64,000 nucleotides of DNA from an uncultured Pelagibacteraceae bacterium (GTDB lineage: Bacteria > Pseudomonadota > Alphaproteobacteria > Pelagibacterales > Pelagibacteraceae): contig CACEMI010000007.1 in assembly GCA_902560585.1 (NCBI GenBank), positions 875-64,874 of the forward strand. Direction: 5' to 3'. Below the pieces are notes generated by a model. The model was not told where the DNA came from. It searched no databases and was given only the letters and a program-made list of their open reading frames with translations. Within the stretch, counting starts at the first letter, position 1. Each line of letters begins with the position of its first letter. Made by a program: the position numbers and the translations under genes. Shown in pieces: positions 19,226-28,611 of this stretch.

Positions 19226-20734
19226 TTATACTCTTTTCTTACCTTGAACTACTCTATCCAATATTAATGCAACAAATAATATTGCAACACCAGCTAAAAT
19301 TCCTTGCCCAACATTTGCATATTGAAGTGCCTCTAGTACGTCTTGTCCTAAACCTTTTGCTCCAATAAGTGAAGCCACAACAACCATTGCTAAACTTAAC
19401 ATTACAGTTTGATTTACACCAGCAAGTATTGATGGTGTTGCAAGCGGTAAATCTACTTTTCTAAGAAGATACCATTTAGATGCACCGTAAGCTATTGCCG
19501 CCTCTCTAATAGTTTCAGGAACTCCTCTTAAGCCTAATACTGTAAGTCTTACAACAGGTGTTCCTCCAAAAATCATTGTAATGATTACTGCTGCAACCTT
19601 CCCTGTTCCAAAAAATGCAATGACGGGAATCATAAATACAAATGCAGGCATTGTTTGCATAAAATCCATTATTGGTCTTATCATTGAATAAAATCTTTGA
19701 CGTCTTGCACAATAAATTCCTAGAGGTATTCCAATAACAATACTTAAAATTGCAGCCGTTCCCAGTAAGGCAAGTGTAGTCATTGCTTTAACCCAAAATC
19801 CCAAAAAACCCATGTAAGCTAAAAATCCTGCAGAGTATATTGCAGTCCTTATGCCTGCTGATAAGGCAGTTAAAACTACAATGGTAGTTATAATCACAAT
19901 CCATGGTGTTTTGACAAATAAAAGTTCTAAAAAATCAAGAACAGATCTAATTCCAATTGTTATTGCGGTAAATACTGCGTCTCCTTTTATTACTGCGTAA
20001 TCAAAAATCGTTTCAACCCATTTAATTGAGGTAAGTCTTATTTCTGGATGTGTAGGAAAATCATTCATTATTGAGAAGAAACCTGGAAAGCTATAATGAA
20101 TTACTGAAAAAAACATAATAATTATAGTAAAACCAATACTTAAAAAATAATTTTTTATTTTCATTCCAGGACTAATTGATTTATTCGACAACCATTCAGA
20201 GTATCTTTTTTCTAAAACTGTATTTGCTAATATTCCTTGAATAAATTTTACAAAAATTAATAACGCAATTCCTGAAATAGTAATCCATATTGCTGAAGCT
20301 TCGATTTGCTGAACATCAACTACATATTCCTTCATTGCGTCTTCGAGTGATTTAATTGCCCTCTCGTAGACTTCGACTTTATCTGGATTATTCTCTTTTG
20401 CAGCCTCTAATTGTTTGTATCTAAAATCAATAGTTGATTGAATTTTATCAATTTTTTCTAAGGCATCTTTAGTAATATTTCCAAATAAGCCTCTAATTAT
20501 TTGAACAACAGCAAATGTTTCGATTATTAAAAATGCTAGCGCATAATTCCAAATATTTCTTAATCCAAACCACATTGGTCCAAATAATGCAGCAAATAAA
20601 TTAAAAGAAAAAGAATAAGAAGGTTTACTTCCAATTTTTTTAAATTCATCGATGTAGTAATCTGGACTAGAAATCACAAAATTTTTAATTAATTCAGATC
20701 TAGATAAATTTTTAATTTCTTTACTCACTGTCAT
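19226..20734 (-). CDS. Betaine-family ABC permease (ProW-like) with a long N-terminal extension
   Basis: PIMDFMQTMPAFVF and IREAAIAYGAS motifs; start uncertain (20746/20734/20728). Confidence 0.9.
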   Translation of the reverse strand: MTVSKEIKNLSRSELIKNFVISSPDYYIDEFKKIGSKPSYSFSFNLFAALFGPMWFGLRNIWNYALAFLIIETFAVVQIIRGLFGNITKDALEKIDKIQSTIDFRYKQLEAAKENNPDKVEVYERAIKSLEDAMKEYVVDVQQIEASAIWITISGIALLIFVKFIQGILANTVLEKRYSEWLSNKSISPGMKIKNYFLSIGFTIIIMFFSVIHYSFPGFFSIMNDFPTHPEIRLTSIKWVETIFDYAVIKGDAVFTAITIGIRSVLDFLELLFVKTPWIVIITTIVVLTALSAGIRTAIYSAGFLAYMGFLGFWVKAMTTLALLGTAAILSIVIGIPLGIYCARRQRFYSMIRPIMDFMQTMPAFVFMIPVIAFFGTGKVAAVIITMIFGGTPVVRLTVLGLRGVPETIREAAIAYGASKWYLLRKVDLPLATPSILAGVNQTVMLSLAMVVVASLIGAKGLGQDVLEALQYANVGQGILAGVAILFVALILDRVVQGKKRV

Positions 20735-21773
20735 TCCCCTCAACAACTGCTTTCAGTAAATCTGATTGTGTAATTATACCAACTTCTAAGTTGTCATTAT
20801 TTGTAACTATTATTGGTTTGTCTTCTGATACTGAAGTTTCAATAAGTTTGCTTAATATGTCGTTTTCATTAACTCTTTCATTATTGCTTAAATTATCTCC
20901 AAAAGTTTTCTTATATTCTTCGATAGATTGCATAATTGTCTTAGCCTGAACAACTTTTAATCTTGAAATTCCTTTTACAAAATCTGCAACATATTCATCA
21001 GATGGATTTACTACTATTTGCTCTGGTGTTCCAATTTGTACTACCTCTCCATCTCTCATAATAGCTATTCTGTGACCTACTCTTACTGCTTCATCTAAAT
21101 CGTGAGTTATAAATACAGTTGTTTTTTTCATTTGCTTTGAAAGTTTTATAAATTCACTTTGAAGTTGTCGTCTAATTAACGGATCTAAAGCACTAAAAGG
21201 TTCATCCATCAAAAGAAATTCTGGATCTGCTGCTAATGCTCTAGCTAGACCTACTCTTTGCTGCATTCCTCCAGATAACTCATGAGCATATTTATTTCCC
21301 CATCCTTGTAATTCGACAATGTTTAAAATGTTATTTGCAGCATCTAATCTATCATTTTTACTAACACCCCTAATTTCCAAAGGCATAGCTATGTTATCTA
21401 AAACTGATCTGTGAGGCATTAATGCAAAATTTTGAAAAACCATACCAATTTTTTTGTTTCTTAATTCTTGAAGGTTTTCCTTATTAAATTGCATTACATC
21501 CTGATTATTTATTAATATTTTTCCGGATGTTGGTTCTAATAATCTATTAATGTGTCTAACTAGTGTTGATTTTCCGCTTCCAGACAAACCCATTACACAA
21601 AATATTTCACCCTTATTGACATCAAACGAAACATCCGAAACACCAATTACAGAATTATATTTCTCTAGTGCTTCTTGTTTTGAAATTTTTTTTTTTTGGA
21701 TTGCATCTAATGCATCTTGTGATGTATTACCAAATATTTTCCAGACATTTTGAATTTGTATAGCTGCTTCCAT
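20721..21773 (-). CDS. Betaine-family ABC ATP-binding protein (ProV-like)
   Basis: GLSGSGKST, LSGGMQQRVGLARALA, DEPFSALDPLIR. Confidence 0.95.
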   Translation of the reverse strand: MEAAIQIQNVWKIFGNTSQDALDAIQKKKISKQEALEKYNSVIGVSDVSFDVNKGEIFCVMGLSGSGKSTLVRHINRLLEPTSGKILINNQDVMQFNKENLQELRNKKIGMVFQNFALMPHRSVLDNIAMPLEIRGVSKNDRLDAANNILNIVELQGWGNKYAHELSGGMQQRVGLARALAADPEFLLMDEPFSALDPLIRRQLQSEFIKLSKQMKKTTVFITHDLDEAVRVGHRIAIMRDGEVVQIGTPEQIVVNPSDEYVADFVKGISRLKVVQAKTIMQSIEEYKKTFGDNLSNNERVNENDILSKLIETSVSEDKPIIVTNNDNLEVGIITQSDLLKAVVEGNDSE

Positions 21774-21806
21774 GAAAATATTTTAACTTAAAATGAATGA
21801 AAATGA

Positions 21807-21833
21807 TACCTGGCAACCAACGGTCGCCAGGTA
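21807..21833 (-). terminator. Stem-loop between the binding-protein and ATPase genes
   Basis: tacctggc...gccaggta inverted repeat, extended with a G-U pair on the minus strand. Confidence 0.65.
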
Positions 21834-21853
21834 ATTTAATTTTTATTACTAAA

Positions 21854-22816
21854 TTATAAACCTAACCAGCCGTCAACTGTTGATTTATTTTTTGACATCC
21901 AATCTCTTGCAACTTCTCCTGGATCTCTTTTTTGCACAGAAACTTCGTATGCCATCCAAGAAACATCATCGGCTGTTATTTGAAAATTTTTGAAAAATTC
22001 TACAATTGCTGGAGATTTGCTCTCAAGAGATGTACCCCATCCAATTTGTATTTGTTTCAAAGCATCCTTTGAAGCAACATATGATTTTTGATACCAATCA
22101 GCGTCTGCTTTTGGTTGGATCATTTTATATTTTGCAGGATCATATGCTGGTTCCTCAAGCATAACTACGTCTGCCATACCCCATATTGCATGTGGTTTGT
22201 AGCAATAAAATGCATAACCCTCACCTTTTTTAATAGAGTCGAGAACTCTAGCATTTTTAACTGCTTCTGCTGCTCTGATAGGCTCAATTCCAGCATCATA
22301 TAATTTATAATCTCTTAATTTAACTTGGTTAACATTAGCTGAAGCCCATCCATCTGCACCAATCCAAAATTCACCTTTACCATTTCCATCGCTATCCATA
22401 GCTTTGACAACTTCGGGTCTACCTAAATCTTCTATTGCAGTGATATTCATTTTTTTTGCAAATTGTTGAGACACACAATATCCTTGGTTACCTTCGTAAG
22501 GATTTTTACTTAATTTTAGAGTTCCTTTTGGTACTAAATCATTTGTGTATGCTTCTTGGTTTGGAAGCCATATATCAGGATGAACTTCAATCTCACCTTT
22601 ACTTCTATCAATTGCTCCATAGATAGCAGTATTATTTCCTGGTACTAATTCAGCTTCACCACCCATTTTATCTATAACAACTGCCGCAAGTAAGTTTGCT
22701 ATTGCCGTAGCACCAGTCCAACCTGGATCACCAATTTTTACTTTTTCAGCAAAACTTGATACTGGTAAAAAAAGTGAAATTACTCCAGCAACAAGTATTT
22801 TTTTTATTATATTCAT
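21854..22816 (-). CDS. Betaine-family ABC substrate-binding protein (ProX/OpuAC family)
   Basis: Signal peptide, HPDIWLPN, DSDGNGKGEFWIG, GW and FYCYKPH motifs; heads the XVW operon. Confidence 0.88.
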   Translation of the reverse strand: MNIIKKILVAGVISLFLPVSSFAEKVKIGDPGWTGATAIANLLAAVVIDKMGGEAELVPGNNTAIYGAIDRSKGEIEVHPDIWLPNQEAYTNDLVPKGTLKLSKNPYEGNQGYCVSQQFAKKMNITAIEDLGRPEVVKAMDSDGNGKGEFWIGADGWASANVNQVKLRDYKLYDAGIEPIRAAEAVKNARVLDSIKKGEGYAFYCYKPHAIWGMADVVMLEEPAYDPAKYKMIQPKADADWYQKSYVASKDALKQIQIGWGTSLESKSPAIVEFFKNFQITADDVSWMAYEVSVQKRDPGEVARDWMSKNKSTVDGWLGL

Positions 22817-22931
22817 ATTTCCCTCGATTTTATTTAATTTATAAAAACAAATCTTAACTTTTTTTTAAATTATGAGTCAATGATTACAGTATGGTAAAAT
22901 GTTAATTCAGATATGCAAAAACCTAAAATGG

Positions 22932-23690
22932 TCAAAACTCATTTAAAAAATTTTGTACAATTCTGTTAAACTTTTCAGGCTCCTCAAGATGAACGTTGTG
23001 ACAGCAATTTTTAAATATTTCAATTTCGCAATTTGGAATATTATTGGTCAGCATTGAAACCTGATCAAAATTATAGGATCTATCTTGATCGCCCCATATT
23101 ACTAGGGTTTTGTTTTTAATATTTTTTAAATTTTCTAAACCATTCCAGTCTCTCATAGCAACTAATGCGTAATGAGCAGCTTCTTCATTTATATATTTAA
23201 CCGCATTCTCACACAAATAATAATTTTTATTTTTATCGCCATCTACAAACCATTTTGGTGGTATTCTTTTTACTTGTTCTTTTATCCCCTCTTCTCTAAG
23301 TTTTTTTATAGAAGTATTTATGGGTTCAAAACGACCTGGAATATCACCAATAGGTCCAGTCGCAAAACAAATTAATTTATTTATTCTTTCTCCGCATAAT
23401 TTTGCAATTTCTTGGACTATCATTCCTCCCATTGAGTGCCCCATTAAATTAAATTTTTCAATTTTTTTTTTATCAATTTCATTGATAATGAATTTTGCCA
23501 TTAAATTTATACTGTTTAAAGATTTTGCTTTATGACTTTCGCCAAACCCCGGTAAAGCAGGAGAAATAATTCTGAAATTTTTAGATAAATAATCTTTTTG
23601 GAATTTCCACATTTCTGAAGATCCAAGGTATCCATGCACCAAAATAAGTGGAAATCCTGAACCAATATCATCTGTATAAATTTCTTGCAT
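22932..23690 (-). CDS. Alpha/beta hydrolase
   Basis: LVHGYLG, GHSMGG, WGDQD and HNVHLEEP; ATG at 23690. Confidence 0.9.
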   Translation of the reverse strand: MQEIYTDDIGSGFPLILVHGYLGSSEMWKFQKDYLSKNFRIISPALPGFGESHKAKSLNSINLMAKFIINEIDKKKIEKFNLMGHSMGGMIVQEIAKLCGERINKLICFATGPIGDIPGRFEPINTSIKKLREEGIKEQVKRIPPKWFVDGDKNKNYYLCENAVKYINEEAAHYALVAMRDWNGLENLKNIKNKTLVIWGDQDRSYNFDQVSMLTNNIPNCEIEIFKNCCHNVHLEEPEKFNRIVQNFLNEF

Positions 23691-23749
23691 AATTATATTT
23701 AAAATATAGTTGTATAACTTAACTTTTAAAACAAAATTCAAAAAATATT

Positions 23750-24457
23750 ATGATTGGTATTCTTGGAGGAATGGGAACACAAGCTGGTTTAGATTTTTGC
23801 AATAAACTTGCTAAAATAAATAGAGGCAAACTAGATCAAGACTACCCAATGTTTGTTTTATACAATAAATCTAATACACCTAAACGACCAGAAAACATAA
23901 AAAAATATTATAATGTATTAAATGCTTTAGTTGAAGGTTGTAAGAGATTACAAAAAAATGGCTGCAAATTTATTGTAATGCCATGCAATACTGCTCACTA
24001 CTGGTATGATGATCTAAGTAAAAAAATTAAAATTCCAATTCTTAGTATGCCTCAAGAAGTATACTTAGATGCTTTAAAAAGTTGTAAAAAAAATTCTAAA
24101 ATAGGGATATTATCTACAGAAGCTACATTAAAGACTAAAGTTTATAATAGATATTTTGACAAAAGTTTTAATTTAGTAAGCCCAAGTCAAATTCTTCAAA
24201 AATCATCTGTAAATAAATCAATTAAATTTGTTAAAATGGGTAAAATAAAAGAAGCTGAGAAAGCAATTAGGCCTGCAGTAAATTATCTTATAAAAATCAA
24301 ATGTAAGAAAATTATTTTAGGATGTACGGAATTACCTATTGCAATTTTTGCTTATAAATCTTTTAAAAAAATCAAACAATCTAAAGTTTTTGTTGATCCG
24401 AATCTGCTTTTAGCTAACGTTTCAATGAAAAAATATAAAAAGTTAAAAAAACAATAA
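23750..24457 (+). CDS. Aspartate/glutamate racemase family protein
   Basis: GILGGMG, PCNTAH and GCTE two-cysteine motifs. Confidence 0.92.
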   Translation: MIGILGGMGTQAGLDFCNKLAKINRGKLDQDYPMFVLYNKSNTPKRPENIKKYYNVLNALVEGCKRLQKNGCKFIVMPCNTAHYWYDDLSKKIKIPILSMPQEVYLDALKSCKKNSKIGILSTEATLKTKVYNRYFDKSFNLVSPSQILQKSSVNKSIKFVKMGKIKEAEKAIRPAVNYLIKIKCKKIILGCTELPIAIFAYKSFKKIKQSKVFVDPNLLLANVSMKKYKKLKKQ

Positions 24458-24499
24458 CCCAGTTTCAGAATTTACTAACTAAAACTGAGATTATTGTTT
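24449..24499. terminator. Probable bidirectional terminator between convergent genes
   Basis: aaacaataacccagtttcag ... ctaaaactgagattattgttt imperfect long hairpin. Confidence 0.6.
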
Positions 24500-24512
24500 A
24501 TTTTGTTACCCT

Positions 24513-25172
24513 TTATTTTGAAGGGTCAGGTACTTTTCTTAAATATGGTTTAACTGTTTCCCAACCATCTGGATAAATTTTCTTAGCCTCTTCATCTTTA
24601 ACTGCTGGAAGAATAACTACATCTTCACCTTTTTTCCAGTTAGCTGGTGTTGCAACTTTATGTTTTGCAGTAAGTTGCATTGAGTCTATGGCTCTTAAAA
24701 TTTCATGGAAATTTCTTCCTGTTGCCATAGGATAAGTTAAATAAAGACCAATTCTTTTATCTGGTCTTACAACAAAAATAGTTCTTACAGTCTCATTATC
24801 TACTGCAGTACGACCCATTGATGTTGTTCCTGCATCGGCTTCCAACATATTAAAAAGTTTTGCAACTTTTAAATCTTCGTCAGCGATTATAGGATAATCT
24901 GGCATTGTTCCAGACACATCTTTAATATCATTCAACCATTTTTTATGATCCTCTACCCCATCAACACTTAATCCAATAACTTTTACATTTCTTGCATCAA
25001 ACTCAGCTTTCATTTGTCCTAATGAACCTAATTCTGTTGTACAAACTGGTGTAAAATCTTTTGGGTGAGAAAATAAAACGCCCCAACTATCTCCAAGCCA
25101 CTCATGAAAAGAAATATCTCCTTCAGTAGTTTTGCATTGAAAATCTGGACACATACTGTTTATTTTAAGCAT
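24513..25172 (-). CDS. 1-Cys peroxiredoxin (Prx6 class)
   Basis: FSHPKDFTPVCTTELG, YPMATGRNF and ATPANW motifs. Confidence 0.95.
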   Translation of the reverse strand: MLKINSMCPDFQCKTTEGDISFHEWLGDSWGVLFSHPKDFTPVCTTELGSLGQMKAEFDARNVKVIGLSVDGVEDHKKWLNDIKDVSGTMPDYPIIADEDLKVAKLFNMLEADAGTTSMGRTAVDNETVRTIFVVRPDKRIGLYLTYPMATGRNFHEILRAIDSMQLTAKHKVATPANWKKGEDVVILPAVKDEEAKKIYPDGWETVKPYLRKVPDPSK

Positions 25173-25250
25173 ATAGTCTCTCCTTAATTATTATTTAGAA
25201 TAATTATAATCAAGATTGATTTGGTATGCAAATTTTAATAATCTTAAAAA

Positions 25251-25943
25251 ATGATATTTAATCAACTATTTGATCAAAAATCATCAACCTACACTTATAT
25301 TATATCGAGTGGTAAAGGGAGAGAAGCATTAATCATTGACCCTGTGATTGAACATACTGATGGATATATTAATTATTTAGAAAATTTAGATCTAAAATTG
25401 GTTAAAGTAATAGATACACATATTCATGCAGATCATGTAACTGGATTAAACGAATTAAACAAAAGAACAAATTGTACTCGTATAATGGGTGAAAATTCTA
25501 AATCTGAAGTTATTGATATTAAATTAAAAGATGAAGAAAATGTGAGTATTGAAAATATTAACCTTAAAGCTATTTACACCCCTGGTCATACTGACTGTTC
25601 TTATAGCTATCTAATGAAAGATAGAGTTTTCACAGGGGATACTCTTTTAATTAATGGAACTGGTAGAACTGACTTTCAAAATGGTAGTGCTCATCAGGCT
25701 TATGAGTCATTATTTGGTAAATTGTTAAAACTTCCTGAAGAAACGCTTGTATACCCTGCCCATGATTATAATGGAAAAAAAAATTCAACAATAGGTAATG
25801 AAAAAAATAATAACCCAAGACTTCAGGTTAGCTCAAAAGAGGAGTATGTTGAAATCATGGATAATCTTAATCTAACAAATCCAAAAATGATGGATGTAGC
25901 AGTTCCAGCGAATTTAAAGGGTTTGACGCTCAAAGAACTTTAA
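25251..25943 (+). CDS. Persulfide dioxygenase (ETHE1/Sdo-like metallo-beta-lactamase fold)
   Basis: QLFD..SSTYTY, THIHADHVTG, TPGHT, GRTDFQ, YPAHDY, NPRL and AVPANL motifs. Confidence 0.9.
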   Translation: MIFNQLFDQKSSTYTYIISSGKGREALIIDPVIEHTDGYINYLENLDLKLVKVIDTHIHADHVTGLNELNKRTNCTRIMGENSKSEVIDIKLKDEENVSIENINLKAIYTPGHTDCSYSYLMKDRVFTGDTLLINGTGRTDFQNGSAHQAYESLFGKLLKLPEETLVYPAHDYNGKKNSTIGNEKNNNPRLQVSSKEEYVEIMDNLNLTNPKMMDVAVPANLKGLTLKEL

Positions 25944-25997
25944 AATCAAGCTTTATAAAAGTGTTGTTTTTAGAAAATTAAGAATTATATAAGACTT

Positions 25998-26108
25998 ATG
26001 GTATGCAATAATTCACACTGCAAATGTAAAAACTGTTCTTGTGACAGATGTGTTTGTAAAAACTGTGATTGCAAACCATCATCAGAAAACTGCTGTTGTA
26101 ATAAGTAG
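25998..26108 (+). CDS. Cys-rich 36-aa peptide, metallothionein-like (absent from the ORF track)
   Basis: Hand translation MVCNNSHCKCKNCSCDRCVCKNCDCKPSSENCCCNK*: 12 Cys and 1 His, four CxC at period 5, terminal CCC. Confidence 0.8.
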   Translation: MVCNNSHCKCKNCSCDRCVCKNCDCKPSSENCCCNK

Positions 26109-26136
26109 TTTAATTTAAAATTTATCTTAAACATTT

Positions 26137-26718
26137 ATGAATGATTTTTTAGAGTCGATAATTAAAAGAGATCCTGCTGCAAGGTCAAAGTTAAGTTTAA
26201 TACTAACTTATCCTGGTGTTAAAGCTGTATTTTTTCATAGAATTGCGAACTTTTTTGCCGTAGCAAAATTTCATCTTTTAGCGAGAATAATTTCTCAATT
26301 TTCAAGATTTTTAACTGGTATTGAAATTCATCCAAACGCAAAAATTGGTAAAAATCTTTTTATTGATCATGGTATGGGAGTAGTTATTGGTGAAACTTCA
26401 GATATAGGTGATAATGTAACTATTTATCATATGGCAACATTAGGTGGAATTGCTCCAAGTATTAATTCAGATAATCAAAGAAATATTAAAAGACACCCAA
26501 CGCTAAAAGAAAATGTAGTTGTAGGATCTGGCGCACAAATACTTGGACCAGTTGTAGTTGGTAAAAATTCAAAAATTGGAGCTAATGCTGTAGTTACAAA
26601 AGATGTTCCAGAAAATGCAGTAATGGTTGGAATTCCTGCAAAAAATGTCGGAACCGCATCTGAAGAATTTAAACCCTATGGTGTTGCACCAGGGGGTGAT
26701 ACAAAGCTTGATGTATGA
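26137..26718 (+). CDS. cysE: Serine O-acetyltransferase
   Basis: [31 protein letters not shown] and hexapeptide repeats. Confidence 0.96.
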   Translation: MNDFLESIIKRDPAARSKLSLILTYPGVKAVFFHRIANFFAVAKFHLLARIISQFSRFLTGIEIHPNAKIGKNLFIDHGMGVVIGETSDIGDNVTIYHMATLGGIAPSINSDNQRNIKRHPTLKENVVVGSGAQILGPVVVGKNSKIGANAVVTKDVPENAVMVGIPAKNVGTASEEFKPYGVAPGGDTKLDV

Positions 26719-27716
26719 AAACTTTACAAAATAATTTTATCGAAGCAATAGGAAACACTCCTTTATTTAAATTAAAAGCTGCATCAGAAATTACTGGTTG
26801 TAATATTTATGGAAAAGCAGAGTACCTTAATCCAGGAGGCTCTGTAAAAGATAGAGCAGCTTTAGCTTTGATAAGAGACGCTGAAGAAAAAAAACTAATT
26901 TCAAAAGGAGGAATAATTGTTGAGGGGACTGCTGGCAATACTGGAATTGGTTTATGTCTTTTAGGAAATTCGATTGGTTACAAAACTATAATCGTAATGA
27001 ATGATAATCAAACACAAGAAAAAAAAGATTTATTAAGAAGTATAGGTGCTGATTTGAGATTGGTACCACCAAAACCATATAAAGATGAAAATAATTTTGT
27101 TAAGTATGCAGGTCGTTTAGCTGAAGAATTAAAAAGTAGCAATAATCATGGTGTCGTTTGGGCTAACCAATTCGATAATACTGCAAACATGAAAGGGCAT
27201 TATGAAACTACTGGACCTGAAATATGGGAACAAACTGAGGGAAAAGTTGATGGATTTGTTTGTTCTTCTGGAACTGGAGGAACTATTGCTGGAGTTAGTA
27301 GTTTTTTAAAAGAAAAGAATAAAAACATTAAAATATATTTATCGGATCCAACTGGTTCATCCCTATATAATTACATTGAAAATGGAGAATTAAAGAGTGA
27401 AGGTGGCTCGATAACCGAAGGTATTGGATCTAGTAGAGTTACTGCAAATTTTGCAAAAGCAAATATTGATGGAGCATTTTCAATAAGTGATCATGAGTCT
27501 TTACCTGTTTTATTCGATTTAATTGAAAAAGAAGGTCTTAGTTTAGGTACTAGTTGTGGGGTGAATATAGCTGGAGCTATTAGATTGGGTAAACTTTTAG
27601 GTCCTGGTAAAACGATTGTAACAATACTTTGTGATAAATCTGATAAATACAACTCAAAGATGTTTAATAAATCTTTTTTAAAAGAAAAAGGCCTTCCCTA
27701 TCCTCACTGGATATAA
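26715..27716 (+). CDS. cysK: Cysteine synthase (PLP-dependent O-acetylserine sulfhydrylase family)
   Basis: [29 protein letters not shown] and EGIG motifs; overlaps cysE. Confidence 0.9.
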   Translation: MKTLQNNFIEAIGNTPLFKLKAASEITGCNIYGKAEYLNPGGSVKDRAALALIRDAEEKKLISKGGIIVEGTAGNTGIGLCLLGNSIGYKTIIVMNDNQTQEKKDLLRSIGADLRLVPPKPYKDENNFVKYAGRLAEELKSSNNHGVVWANQFDNTANMKGHYETTGPEIWEQTEGKVDGFVCSSGTGGTIAGVSSFLKEKNKNIKIYLSDPTGSSLYNYIENGELKSEGGSITEGIGSSRVTANFAKANIDGAFSISDHESLPVLFDLIEKEGLSLGTSCGVNIAGAIRLGKLLGPGKTIVTILCDKSDKYNSKMFNKSFLKEKGLPYPHWI

Positions 27717-27732
27717 TCACGCATAGCAGTAC

Positions 27733-27765
27733 TGTAATAAATTCATTACATTTCTATCTTATAAT
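27733..27765 (+). promoter_or_regulatory. Palindromic operator-like site plus -10 box upstream of the small-gene array
   Basis: TGTAATAAA/TTCATTACA (8 of 9 bp dyad) at 27733-27750; TATAAT at 27760-27765. Confidence 0.55.
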
Positions 27766-27801
27766 AAACTCTAATATGTCAATTAATTTAAAGGAGAAAC
27801 T

Positions 27802-28185
27802 ATGGACGTAAAAGAACAAACTAAAAAAGCATATGAACTTTTTGGTTCTGGAGATATGGAAACATTTTTTAACGATATGATCGATGATGAAATCGTTTGG
27901 ACTTTTCCAGGTAAAGAAGGTGTACATCCACTTTCTGGAGTTCACAAAGGAAAACAAGCTATGATGGCTGCAATGTCTAAAATCCCAGCTACTTGGCCAA
28001 ATTTCCATTTAAAAGTTTTAGATATGATAAGTGAAGGAAATAAAGTTTTTGCAAGAGTTCATGCAACTGCAGATAACATGGATACTATGTTTGGTCACTA
28101 TTTTGAAGTAAGTGATGAGGGAAAAACTAAAGTTATGATGACTTTTGATGATACACTTAGCATGTTCAATGCAATGAAGAAGTAA
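27802..28185 (+). CDS. SnoaL/NTF2-like small protein
   Basis: KAYELFGSGD, DDEIVWTFPG..HPLSGVHKGK and ISEGNKV patterns; AAGGAG RBS. Confidence 0.85.
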   Translation: MDVKEQTKKAYELFGSGDMETFFNDMIDDEIVWTFPGKEGVHPLSGVHKGKQAMMAAMSKIPATWPNFHLKVLDMISEGNKVFARVHATADNMDTMFGHYFEVSDEGKTKVMMTFDDTLSMFNAMKK

Positions 28186-28193
28186 GGAACAAT

Positions 28194-28520
28194 ATGTCAA
28201 TTTTAGAAAAACTAAATAAAGCAATCATGGAAAAAGATGGTGCAGCAGCTGGTGAGCTGGTGCACGATGACTACAAAATGTTTTCCCATCTTAAAGGAGA
28301 ATATGTGCATATGGGTAAGGCAGGTATGGTTGAAGCCGTAAGTAAAGGGATGATGAGTCCCGCAAAATACAGGATCCTTTTTGAAAATGATGAAATTGGT
28401 TTTGATCATTCGTATGTTACTTATCAAGATGGAAATACAGAAGCTTTGATGTGCTGTTGGAAGTTTAAAGACGGTAAAATCATTGAATTAGAAACTGGAG
28501 CAACAAAAATACCAAAATAA
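28194..28520 (+). CDS. SnoaL/NTF2-like small protein (paralogue of 31012-31332)
   Basis: LVHDDY, ENDEIG and KDGKIIELETGAT; AAGGA RBS. Confidence 0.82.
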   Translation: MSILEKLNKAIMEKDGAAAGELVHDDYKMFSHLKGEYVHMGKAGMVEAVSKGMMSPAKYRILFENDEIGFDHSYVTYQDGNTEALMCCWKFKDGKIIELETGATKIPK

Positions 28521-28544
28521 CTATAAACTTACAAAGGAGTTAAT

Positions 28545-28610
28545 ATGGCCAGCATTGAGTTTAAAGCTTTTGATAAAGCATATGAATTTGCTGGGGTCTG
28601 GGGGGAATAA
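28545..28610 (+). pseudogene. 21-codon ORF with strong RBS; gene remnant or micropeptide
   Basis: AAAGGAG-ttaat-ATG; reads MASIEFKAFDKAYEFAGVWGE*; shares aaagcatatgaa with the 27802 gene. Confidence 0.4.
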
Positions 28611-28611
28611 A

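Noticed and set aside
21686-21697. T12 homopolymer as a phase-variation site
   Set aside because: Encodes in-frame Lys codons of an intact ATPase; long A/T runs are common throughout this window
28555-28611. ORF-track N-terminal extensions (also 30323, 30961, 11522, 23741, 45283, 59050)
   Set aside because: Upstream alternative starts lack an RBS or overlap neighbouring genes; downstream ATGs fit RBS position and family length better
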